From the NCBI RefSeq assembly GCF_009914755.1, contig NC_060942.1: a DNA stretch of 64,000 nt, one strand, 5' to 3'. This document shows, in pieces, positions 45,969 through 57,800 of the stretch (within the stretch, counting starts at the first letter, position 1; every line of letters starts with the position of its first letter). The stretch is from the human T2T-CHM13v2.0 reference genome, Homo sapiens. A program made the translations under genes and the position numbers. The notes below the pieces were generated by a model. The model made no database searches. It had not been told where the DNA came from and saw only the letters and a program-made list of their open reading frames with translations.

Positions 45969-47091
45969 AACACCGAGCTACCTGTGTAGCAGAGGTCTCG
46001 GGGATCGGATGTCTAGTTGTGCTGGTCCCATCTCTTGATAAGCCCTGAGCACTCATATATCTTGTGTAGTAAATAACCTAATTCTAATAGCTTCCAAGGA
46101 AAGCTTGCAAAAAAAATGGGCAGAGGAATGGAGAGAGCCTGTTTTAAGATAGAGAGAGGGCTACCATCCTTGCATGTGGCATCTGAAAGATAACCACACA
46201 GAGCATATTTTGGAGATTCAATTTTTATGTAATGGGTGTCGTTACTATCCAGACCATGGGGGAGGAAGACATGCACCCTTTAATCCTGTAGCACCTTCAC
46301 CTTCATCTTGTTCCACACAATTAACATTTATTTGGATGGCTGTCTTTTTTGCTTTCCTAATAACAGTGTAATTTTACTTTACATGTGAGATATAGCATAA
46401 CAAATCGAATAGGAAATAATTATAATCATGAAATACTCTCACAGAGGCATCTCCTTCCAGCTAGTTCCAGGTGGCCCAAGGTCGATTGTGAACACTCAGG
46501 ATGGATGGCGTGTCTGTCCTTTCTCTGGAGGTGTCTTGGGCACACAGACCTATATGTGCACTTGGCATTGTGCTTGTTCACAATGTTAAAGTTGTGATGT
46601 TAGCAAGTCAGAGATGAGTAGGGGCCTGCAGAAAGAGCTAGTTAGATTAATCCTTAAGGAGTGAGCCATGAAATATTTCATGGGCTGAAATGAGAGGCAT
46701 GACCAGTACTAAATCAGCAGACCTTGGGACCCTTTAACAGCGGTGCTAACCCAAAATATTTTTAGGCCTGAAAAAAATGGGCAAAGTGATCTTTACATAA
46801 ATTATTCTCTGGGCTGCTAGTCACACACCAGCATGCTGGGAACAATAAGCTCACAGGGGTATTTGTTCAAAATATTTGATTTCCCATAAGGCTACTTAGC
46901 CAAGAAAACGTAGAGGACAATTTACTTTTCACTGACATGTTTGTTGTCCTTTCTTCTACAGCCATTCTCCCAGGATGAGGATAAAATATGGAGTCTTGAT
47001 TCTGAGACACAGTTTGTCTTTACTAGAGATGCCATCAAGGTTCTGGTGATTCCCTAGGACAAGTGGCAGTGCTTCCTGACTACCACTGGGC

Positions 47092-47141
47092 TGTGTGTGT
47101 GTGTGTGTGTGTGTATTTGTGTGTGTGTGCGTGTGCGTGTG
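47092..47141. repeat. (TG)n microsatellite, interrupted
   Basis: Seen directly. Confidence 0.9.
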
Positions 47142-48679
47142 AGTGTTGACATTGATTTCTCTCCTCTTGGCATGTAGAAGTCCCAAGTGCCCCACTGACC
47201 CATTACCTGAGCCTGTAATTACTTCAGGAGTAGGGAATGAAAAGGGCATATCTCCTCTGCTTTCAGGGAATGACAGACTCGGGAAAATAAGCAGGCCCTG
47301 CATTAAGGCAAATCTCTCAGGAGAGCTTAAAGACTCAAGTCTTGACTCGGATGCATTTTTACATCAGTAGAGGCCATGCTCATTACCAGTGAAGACTGCT
47401 GAAGTTGTGGAGTTGGCATATGACCCTGAAACTGCTTCACCATAAAGACAGATTTTAATGCCCATATGTGACATGCAGGCACAAAAATGTAATCGCTATA
47501 ATTAGCCAGCATCCCTTTTTCATAGTGCTACTATTTCGTGACTACTTGCCTACTTCATTTTGTTAAAGATAAAATGTTCGTCCTATTTTTAAAAAGTAAG
47601 TTGTTTCTTCACAAGCCATTTTTAGGGATACATTCATTTTTAAAGGTATTTTATAGGGAGATAAGTGATCATTCCGTGTGTTTTTATTCTTTTGATTGTC
47701 TAGGATCTAGATTTTGCAATTTTGTGAATCTGTTTCCAAACTCTGCAAGGGTGTCTATATTATAAGTTATATAAAAGCCCTCTGCCTAATTTTTTGATGT
47801 ATATGTATTTCCAGCCTAATATCCAAGCTGTATTGATGTGGGTGAGTGAGCATTGCTCCCTCAGACAGTCTGCTTAGCTGATTTTTGAAGTTAATTATGG
47901 TGCAGTGAAATCTAAAGGTCAGACCACATCTATTTTCCTGGTTTGTTCAATGCTATGGGCATACGGGCACCAGATAAATCCCTTAACTGCTGACCTAACT
48001 AATAACTTTCCTGTACACTTTAACCTATTTCCTGTTCCAGGTTTTCAGACTCTTTATTGTGCTGTAGGGTCTTCTTCAGAATGGGTTATTACAGAGCACA
48101 TCACCCAAAGGCTACCATGAAGACCCCCTTAGGAATTTCAAATCATAATGTGTAAGGTAGCCTTTCTGCAATACACCCCCAAGTTATCAGTGTATTTCAC
48201 CGATTGCCTGGATTATTTCATTTTATCCTTGCCACTTAAGGAGAAAATTAAATTTCAGAGAGAATTTTGAAAAACATGAAATGCTTAGGGTTAGTTGCTA
48301 AGGGATGGTTAGCTCACAGTTTTGAAAATTGTCTTGTTATTTATACGTTCATACATTTACCCCATTCATTTATGAATTCATTCATTCAGTGATTTCTTAT
48401 TGAGCACTACCCTAGGATATATCACCATGCAAAATTCCGTGGTATACAAAAACTCAAGAATCATAGAACCTGACATAATTACATGATCATAACACGAACT
48501 ACAAATCCAGGCCCAGCTTCTATCAGTGAGAGACAGAACCAGGGTACATACTCTGTGCAGTGCATGGTAGCAGAAACTTGAGGAGGTTCAAAAGAATAGG
48601 GGAACACAAAGCAATGGGAACCCAGGGTAGTAACTAAAGCAGCATGTTTTGTATTTGTTTAGGGTGTTTTTAATTTTAA

Positions 48680-48812
48680 GTTTTATTTTTTTCTTGAAGC
48701 CTATGCTGGAGTTCAGTGGCATGATCATGACTCAGTGCAGCCTTGACACTTGAGCCTGGGCTCAAGTGATCCCTTTTGCCTCAGCTTCCAAGTAGCTAGA
48801 ACTTATGGTGCC
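48680..48812 (-). mobile_element. AluJ right-arm fragment
   Basis: GCTGGAGTTCAGTGGCATGATCATGACTCAGTGCAGCC...GGGCTCAAGTGATCC...GCCTCAGCTTCCAAGTAGCT. Confidence 0.8.
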
Positions 48813-49196
48813 TTCTTTAAAATAACTCATAATGTTCATCCATGATTAAAATAATGTGCTATGACTCTCAATGAAAATTTAAAGCCAATAGTTGTCATTT
48901 GTATTTGCTTATCTAATCCTAAATCAGCTGTCCCCAGAACACTTCTGTTGTACTTTCATGAAACGCTTGATCCTTTTAGGATTATTGTTCCTCTAATTTA
49001 AAGTTCTATTTCTTAATATTCTTAGAACAGTATTAAATTTATTAAGACATTAGGTTCTGAATGGATTCTTCTGCCACAGTTTGAATCTAAATATTCTCAG
49101 TAGGAAAAGGTTAAGCATGTGAGTGTCCTTATTCATTATTTGCCTTTATATTAACTGGACCAATACATGGGGGTTTAGAAGAAGAATCTAGAAACA

Positions 49197-49430
49197 CAGC
49201 TGGACTAGGGAGAGGTGAGTGAGGCACTTTCTTGGGGTATACAATTTAAGGGGATTCCAAAGCACTCTGTAATCAAGATAATATTTTAACACAATAATTT
49301 TTAAAAATTAAAATTAATGCTAAAATGCCAAAATTCACAAACAACATACCAAAATCTTAAATTCAGACAGAATTGGTAATACTGATTTTCCTCTTGCTGC
49401 AGGCTTCAGTGTGGTGCAGCATGGCAGTGA
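49197..49430. mobile_element. hAT non-autonomous element (MER96B-like)
   Basis: CTAGGGAGAGGTGAGTGAGGCAC...AATTTAAGGGG...GTAATCAAGATA resembles the recalled consensus. Confidence 0.45.
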
Positions 49431-49517
49431 TCTAGAACAGATGGCTCTTGCATTCTATAACAGTTATAGAGCTTTAACTCTGGGCTACATCATTTCTCAG
49501 AATCTTTTAAGACCTAG

Positions 49518-49875
49518 TGATATGGTTTGGCTCTGCGTCCCCACCCAAATCTTGTCCTGAATACTCACGTGTTGTGGGAGGGAGCCTGTAGGAGTGGAAG
49601 ATAATTGAATCATGGGGCAGGTCTTTTCTGTGCTGTTCTCTTGAGAGTGAATAAGTCTCACAAGATCTGATGGTTTTAAAAATGGGAGTTTCCCTGCACA
49701 AGCTCTCTCTCTTTGCCTACTGCCATCCATGTAAGATGTGACTTGCTCCTCCTTGCCTTCCACCATGATTGGGAGGCCTCCCCAGCCATGTGGAACTGTA
49801 AGTCCATTAAAACTTCTTCTTCTTCTTCTCAGTCTCAGGTTTGTCTTTATCACAGTGTGAAAATGGACAAATACA
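49518..49875 (+). mobile_element. THE1 solo LTR
   Basis: TGATATGGTTTGGCTCTGCGTCCCCACCCAAATC...GGACAAATACA; perfect 5-bp TSD CCTAG at 49513-49517 and 49876-49880. Confidence 0.93.
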
Positions 49876-51896
49876 CCTAGCTATTTGATTTTCTGGTAAT
49901 TCAAAAAAAATGCAATTGTTTATCACTGGAACAGTTTTACAAATAGGCAATGAGCTTGAGTATGTCTGGATTATCTTTAAAGGTCAAACTATAGCCAGGA
50001 AATTAATATGGATTAATTAACCAATGAGTAAGCTGCAGAGTTTGGCCTTGAACTTTCCCTTCTGACTTCTGGTTCAGTGATCTTGTTAAGTCATCATACT
50101 ACTTGGGTCCCGAATGCTCAAGAGGTAGAAGTAGGTTATTTATCATTTAGATCTCCTGTCTGTGCAGTCTCCTAGAGAGGTTCTATGCAAATTCAATTTC
50201 ACCCTTAACACAAAATGAATACACCACATGGGAGCAGACAGAGAAGAAAAGTAAGTTAATTCCCATCTGTGATTATGTAAATGCATTCTAGTTTTCATGC
50301 ATGCATTTAATGGGTTGGCAATCATAATTTTAATACTACTGGAAATGGTACTATTTGGAGATTTGTAAATTAAATGTGTTCATGTATTAATTGGCATCCT
50401 TAGATTTCTAGATCTTGGAAAAACAGGGTGAGAAGATGCTGTGACTAAAAGGTTCTATGCATGGAAGAAATGTGTTCTTTCTGGTGCTATTTCTTGACAC
50501 AGAATTTCCTTAGCAGGCAGTTTAGATTTCCTTAATAAAGAAAGCCAAGCATCTTCTTGGGATACCTGAATAATATTCTGAAAGTGGCAGACTACTCTTG
50601 TTGGCAACTGAAAATGTACAAGGGCCACAAGGGCTGTTAGATTCAAGCCCATTTATTTCCCGAGCTTATCTGTCTCGGAAAGATCTTAGTCACAGAGTGT
50701 TTAGCCCCAAATTTACAAACATTGTTTTTCTCTCATGGCCCTTGCTTTATAATGGGGCTCTAGTACAAGGAAATGATGTGTATTTTTATTTATTTGTATT
50801 TTGTTAAGTAATCAGATTTCAGACTACACAAGTAGGATCTAACACAAAAGAGTTAAATACATGTATTTGCAGAACACAAATTGTTTTTGAAAGGATTGTG
50901 ATTTTATTCATACACTGGCTTCATTAACACCATGACGAGCTGTTCACATTATAAGCTAAGTTACCTGATTTCATTTATGCTTTGCTGTCCCCTCCCACGT
51001 GCATATCCCATTTTTAGAAGGTGCTTTCTGTGCCTGGGAAGTAGAATGCATTTTTTGCAGCGAATAGGTTATTTTCTTATCAGTCTCTGACAATTTGTAG
51101 TCTCATACCCTCACTTTCTGCCATCATGCCTGCCTGGAAGAATCATTCTAGTGTGACCAACTTTTGAATGTCCTCTTTAGTATATTTGTGAGTGATGCCT
51201 GAGGCATTTTGTCTGTTCGCCTTCTTTCACACCTCCCTGTGACCCAAGATGAGAGAGTAATCTGACAAGCAGAGGCGGCAGGCTGTTTGAAACCCTAGCT
51301 TGGCTTTACTCGATCTCTGTCATTTTGTATTTTATTTGACTGTGGCAGTTTCATGGGTATATCAGAGCCCCCCAGTTATCAGTTAGGGGAAGCTAATAAA
51401 ATCCCTGACACATCAGATTGTTTTCTCTTTCTTTCTATTGAACTCTTTGGCAATTGGGCTTGATGGGTTAAGACTCAAAGGAGGCGTCTTATTTCCCGTT
51501 GCTGCCTAACCTAGATTCTTAGCTAAGGACAGCTAGCTTCTTAGCACATTTTGCCATCTGCCAAATGCAGAGTGGAATGTCCTGTTCCCAGCTTTCTGCC
51601 ATGTGCTTGGTTCTTGCTCGCATTTGGGACTCATTTGCTTACTTGCCTGCCTGGTACTGGGAAGGTATATATGGTGCTTCCTTGCAAGCTGAAACTCTGG
51701 GCATGTTATTCTCTCCAGGTCCAGAATTCATGTTTCTTCAACTCAAGAACCTGTTCAGCGGGTGCTGACTTGGATGTGTGTGTTATGGCTTGGCCACATG
51801 GTACTCAAGATGTAATAAGAGGAGATAATTCACTCTGAGACTTCTAATTAAGGTTCAACAATTGAAGATCTAACAACAGATTTTAAGTCCTCATTT

Positions 51897-52486
51897 TGTT
51901 ACTGGAAAGGGATCCTGATCTAGACCCCAAGAGAGGGTTGTTGGATCTAGAACAATAAAGAACTCAGGAAAAGTCCACAGAGTAAAGTGAAAGCAAGTTT
52001 ATTGAGAATGTAAAGGAATAAAAGAATGACTATGCCATAGACATAGGGGAGTGTTTCCAAAAGCATGAGAAAGAATGTGCCCACCTTAGGCACAATACTT
52101 GTTTCAATATAAGGTAACAAAAGCAAAAAATCATGGGGTAGATGTGCTCTACTACAAGAATGCCTGATAAAAGATTGTTAATCTTCGTGTAATTACTGTT
52201 TTCCACAAGAATCTGTATTATTATCTTTTTAAAGCGAAACTTATTCTTAAAATAGGAATGCTTTTGTTCTTAAGACATAGGGACATCAGGACATTTCATG
52301 AATCTGTTAAGTCCTGGGTCTGGTAAATTCTGGATCTGTTTGGTAAACATTATTAACGTGTTTTCTTAACCATAAACATCCTCTAAGAATGCCTAACTTC
52401 CTGAGAATGCAGCCCAGTAGATCTCAGCCTCATTTTACCCAGCCCCTATTCAAGATGGAGTCACTCTGGCTCCAACGCCTCTGACA
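51897..52486 (-). mobile_element. MER41 (ERV1) solo LTR
   Basis: Ends CTATTCAAGATGGAGTCACTCTGGCTCCAACGCCTCTGACA, the reverse complement of the MER41 start; TG...CA termini; 4-bp TSD ATTT. Confidence 0.88.
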
Positions 52487-53399
52487 ATTTAAATGTAGAA
52501 GAAAAAGTCTAAGATTGAGTAGAGATCAAAGTTGTGTCAAGAACAGAAGGAAACAGTGAGACATGTTGCAGAATAACCACAAAGAGTCATTTTACCTACT
52601 GCATGTCTTATGTGATAGAAGTAGATCCTTCTATTACCCTTCTACTGTCTTTTATGTTCTTAAATTGGGCCCATTTTTCTGGCCTTTCAAAAGAGAATTT
52701 CTGTTTGACAGTGAACTCTAAATTGAAAAACTTTAAATGACTATCCTATAGAAGAGAATTGTGTCTGATGCTCTCTTACGTTTATAATCTTTACTTCAAA
52801 CTTTGATCCAAAAAAAAAAAAAAGGAAGGAAAAAAAAAAAAAGAGGAAGACGTGGTTCCTAACCTCAAACAGCTTATACTAAAGTTTGTTTTTCTCCCTC
52901 AATCAGAACTTAGAAAGAGTCTCCAGGGAGATGACCTGATTAAGAAATTAAACTGTTCATAGGTGACCATGTGTTACTTACCACAGATAGCATATTCATA
53001 TTTAAAGAGAGGCTTTCTGCCTCGTGATGCTGTAAAGTTTTAAATGGTGGTTTCTGTTTGCCATCGTATAATAGCTAGACTTAGAGGACAATAATCTAGG
53101 TGAGAGTAAGGGCTATGATTTTCCTGTGCTTTATTTAAGCTCAAAATACATTTACTTATCCATTGTTTTCTATTACGTTTTATTTCTGGGTTTTATCTTT
53201 TTTCCTTGTTTGTTTATATTTATCTCACTGTTCTCTTTCACTTCTTTTTTCTCTTTACTACCCTCAAATAGATAATCACTGGAAGAGCAATGCATCCGAG
53301 AAAAATAAATTAACTTTAATCCAAGAGTAAAACTCAACGTATTTTTCAGAAATTTAGAAACTGCCAGTTTATATCAGTGGCTTTTTGTGTGTTTGCTTT

Positions 53400-54780
53400 C
53401 TTTTATATATTTTCTATTATGAAACATAAGACTTATATGGAAGAATGCACGTAAAGACATACACAGAAAAACACACACACACACAATGGAGGCAGCTCCA
53501 TCAATTCTCACTTAATTCCTTTGAGTCAAGAAACAGAACATTGACAGCTCCCAAAGAAACTCCTTCAAGACCTTTCTAATTGCTTGCCTATGTTTCACAC
53601 CAAAGGAAGACACTGTCCTGAATTGTATTGAAACTTCTTTCTAAGTGATATATGGTCTAGGAAGAATGTATCCACACATTTCTACAGCTACTTAGTACCA
53701 ATAGATTTTGTGAAAGGATTAGTTATAAATAATCAATGTTGATTTTGTTAGTATAATGTAATTTAATTATTTTCTAGTTTGAACTTTTAAAATCCTATTT
53801 GTTGTCATATATTACAAATTTTGCGTATGTACATAAAAATAAATTTCTTTGATAGATTGAAAAGAAAAACCAAAAAACTTGTTTCTAACTTTTATGAGAG
53901 TTGTACTTCCCAAGCACCCATCCAGAAACACTCTAATTCAGTAGTTGTTGAATTATATATGAATGGAATCCCACCATGTATATTATTTTGTGTCTAGCCT
54001 TTTTTTCTGGGCATTCTTTTGGGAGAGTCGTCCATGTTGCATAGCTATAGTTTGCTCAATGAATTGCTATTGAGTGTTTCATGGTATCAGTATACCATAA
54101 TTTACTTATGCGTTCTACCAATGATGGGTGTTTGGATTGTATCTGATTTGTGGCTGTTTTGCTAGAATGAACATGCTTGGACATGGCTTTCCTATGCAGC
54201 AAGCACATGCCTTTCTGTTGGTGTACATCTAAGTGTGGAACTGCACATTTTCAAACTCATTAGATAATGTCCATCTAGTTGCCAAAGTGGTTATATCAAT
54301 TTATATTTTCACCTAGTACTTATAAGAGTTGCAATTACTCTATATTCTCATAAACACTGTCATTTTAATTTTAGCCATTTTATGGGCAGGTATAGAATCT
54401 CATTGTAGCTTTAATATGTACTTCCCTGATGACTAATGAGGGTAGTCAGCTTTTTGTATATTTGTTGACCGTTTGGGTGTCTTTTGTGAAATGCCTACTC
54501 AGGTCTCTTGTCTATTTTTAGATTGATAGGTTTTCCATGTGTATTGAATCTACTGATCAGTTTATAGAGACAGTACAATTTTAATAGTATTTTAATATTT
54601 TATAATATTTAATAATTCAATCTTCCAATACTGGATATCTGGTATGGTGATTCTTTGCAATTTTGACTAAGTGTTCTAAAACTTCAATATTTATTAAATC
54701 CTCTTTATTATTTTTTAAAAATATTTTATAGTTTTCTGTGTGCAAGCCTTGCCAATCTTGTATTAGATTTATGTTAGAAT
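53400..54780 (-). mobile_element. Old L1M (L1ME/MD-like) 3' fragments
   Basis: TATATGAATGGAATC...ATACCATAATTTACTTATG...CATTTTAATTTTAGCCATT...CCCTGATGACTAATGAG...TTTTGTGAAATGCCT. Confidence 0.65.
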
Positions 54781-54784
54781 TTCT

Positions 54785-54908
54785 GGTCTCTGTCTCTGTG
54801 TGTGTGTGTCTGTCCGTCTCTGTCTTTCTCTTTCTTTCTCCTCTTCCTTCATTCCTTCCCTCCCTCCCTCCCTCCCTCCTTCCTTCCTTCCTTCTTTCCT
54901 TCTTTCCT
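54785..54908. repeat. (TC)/(TG)/(CCCT)/(CCTT) compound repeat
   Basis: Seen directly. Confidence 0.85.
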
Positions 54909-54929
54909 TAGCTGGTTCTTCCAGTAGAG

Positions 54930-55052
54930 CAGTGGTTCTTAACCCCAGGCAATTTTCGTCTGCTGGGAAGATTTGGTAATGAGAAGACATTTTTGACTGT
55001 CATTAACTGAGAAAACACTGCTGATATCTAGTAAGTAGAGGCCAGAGATGCC
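54930..55052 (+). mobile_element. MER20 fragment (hAT-Charlie)
   Basis: CAGTGGTTCTTAACC...GACATTTTTGACTGTCA...ATCTAGTAAGTAGAGGCCAGAGATGC. Confidence 0.75.
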
Positions 55053-55831
55053 TTTAAAAACTTATTTTTAAATGTTGTCCTTTTTTTTCCTTCCAGTAGT
55101 TCTCAATGGAAAGGTGGTTCTGAGTTTTCTGGTCTACCATTACAGGAAGCAGAATTCTTGTTTTATTTGTCTGTGCATTTGTTAATTTATTTCTAGGTAG
55201 GAATCTAAGAAAATCAGCATTGAAAACTCTGAAAGTATTTTTTTTTTCTGGGAAATAGTGCATATTCAACTGTAAACTATTGAAAATGATGACGTATTTA
55301 ACAAGATATGCTCATTTCATAGAAGTCCTAATTTGAATGAAAACCATTTTTTCTTTAATTTCTATAATCATAGCTTGAAGAATGTCTAACTCATACTTAT
55401 GCAGAAGAGATGTCCACTTGCTCTCACTATCCCTGAGTTAGAAACGAAATATTTAAATGATTAAAAAGTAATTCTGGAATAAAGTGAGATGACTTGTTGC
55501 TCCTCAGTTTTTCAGCTGAATAAACACAGCTTCATAAATTGTGACATTAATATCATCAATAGTTAAATGTGTTGACAGATAGGCAAAGCCTGTAGTTGGC
55601 ATTTCTCTCTTCTCAGTGTTATGTGGGTATATTAAACGACTGTTCCATATCATAGAAGTAGATTGGAGGTTAAGCAAAATAAGATAATTTAGCAATCAGC
55701 AAGTTTTAAATTTTTAAGAACATCCAAACCCAACCAAGAAAACAAAAGAGGGCTTTTGCCACTTTGGTCTAAGTTTAAGAGTAAGATCTAAATCCAGCAG
55801 AGACGTCTAAGTCTAAAGAGACCACCAACTT

Positions 55832-56748
55832 AAATTTACAAGAAAAAAACAAACAACCCTATCAAAAATTGGGCGAAGGACATGAACAGACACTTCTCAA
55901 AAGAAGACATTTATGCAGCCAAAAAACACATGAAAAAATGCTCACCATCACTGGCCATCAGAGAAATGCAAATCAAAACCACAATGAGATACCATCTCAC
56001 ACCAGTTAGAATGGCAATCATTAAAAAGTCAGGAAACAACAGGTGCTGGAGAGGATGTGGAGAAATAGGAACACTTTTACACTGTTGGTGGGACTGTAAA
56101 CTAGTTCAACCATTGTGGAAGTCAGTGTGGCGATTCCTCAGGGATCTAGAACTAGAAATACCATTTGACCCAGCCATCCCATTACTGGGTATATACCCAA
56201 AGGACTATAAATCATGCTGCTATAAAGACACATGCACACGTATGTTTATTGTGGCACTATTCACAATAGCAAAGACTTGGAACCAACCCAAATGTCCAAC
56301 AATGATAGACTGGATTAAGAAAATGTGGCACATATACACCATGGAATACTATGCAGCCATAAAAAATGATGAGTTCATGTCCTTTGTAGGGACATGGATG
56401 AAATTGGAAATCATCATTGTCAGTAAGCTATCGCAAGGACAAAAAACCAAACATCGCATGTTCTCGCTCATAGGTAGGAATTGAACAATGAGAACACATG
56501 GACACAGGAAGGGGAACATCACACTCTGGGGACTGTTGTGGGGTGGGGGGAGGGGGGAGGGATAGCATTAGGAGATATACCTAATGCTAAATGACAAGTT
56601 ACTGGGTGTAGCACACCAACATGGCACATGTATACATATGTAACTAACCTGCACATTGTGCACATGTACCCTAAAACTTAAAGTATAATAATAATAAAAT
56701 AAAATAAAAAAAGACAAAAAAAAGAAAGAAAGATTAAAAAAAAAAAAG
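55832..56748 (+). mobile_element. 5'-truncated L1PA (PA4/5-like), about 0.9 kb
   Basis: 200-aa ORF2p C-terminus (55882-56484), 3' UTR and A-rich tail; 15-bp TSD AGAGACCACCAACTT at 55817-55831 and 56749-56763. Confidence 0.96.
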
Positions 56749-57619
56749 AGAGACCACCAACTTTGGGTTTGAATTCTCTTTCCTGCTTGTTAGTTGCAGC
56801 AGCTCAGAAAAATGTCCACTCTGATATCCCTGCTTCCCTCATAAACAAGGATTTTTACAATTTTAGGTTATCAGTCTGCCTTTCAACAATACAAAGACTT
56901 GTTTAAATTGCTTTAAAAGAGGAAGAAAAAAAATTATCTCATCATGTTTAGATCCTCAGTCTTGATTCTGAGCATTTATGCTAATGGGATACATATATGT
57001 CCATCTTGTACATTTTCCCTGGAAACCTCCAATCCTGTTGGAATTAATTGAATAACTGCATATGCAATAGAACCTCTAAGTATAATGAATCTGAAAAGAA
57101 ATGAGAACTTGGAGATTCAGCCAAGCACAAGTCATGTTAGATATTTTAGTTGTTTTGCAATTTGCAGTTTCAATTGCTGAAAATTCTCTTGAATGCTTCA
57201 TTGTCTCACTGATCTACCAGGAAATGAGAGTTGTGTTAAGAGGGAAAAAAAGAGAAGAAAACACCCATTTCATCGTGGCCTGAATGTTGATCTGAGTGGA
57301 TACTGGAGACTGTTTTCACGATTGCTTTTGAGCTGCATTGAGTGACTCTAGGCATGCATTTAGAAGCCACTACAGGGGTAAAAAAAAACAAATGAAAACC
57401 AAAAAGCCTTCTAAATAAGTAAAATCTTGTCTTATATTTAGGAGATGTTATACCAAAAATGAATTTAATGCATTTTAGGACATAAAAACACCGCTAACAT
57501 TGAATGAAGAAAAATACTTAGCCTTTATATTAATAGCCCATTTTTCTATAGCAGTCTCTTCTTATAATACTAAAAAAAAAGTCAATAACTATGAAAATTA
57601 AGTGAATATATACTCTGCT

Positions 57620-57800
57620 AAGTACTTTTTATTCACTTTATACCCCATAAAATCCTCACAACACTATCATGAGAAAGGTTCTATTGTACAGTTGACACAA
57701 ATAAATAGAATTTAAAGTGGTGAAGAAACTCGCCACTCACTCATATAATAAATGGCAGCTTCTGGATTTGAACCCAGATCTGCCTTTATTAAGTGCAGTG
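57620..57800 (-). mobile_element. MIR
   Basis: AATCCTCACAACACTATCATGAG...AAATGGCAGCTTCTGGATTTGAACCCAGATCTG. Confidence 0.7.

Noticed and set aside
55882-56484. 200-aa ORF
   Set aside because: C-terminus of L1 ORF2p in a 5'-truncated copy
56528-56561. G-quadruplex motif
   Set aside because: Ordinary feature of L1PA 3' UTRs
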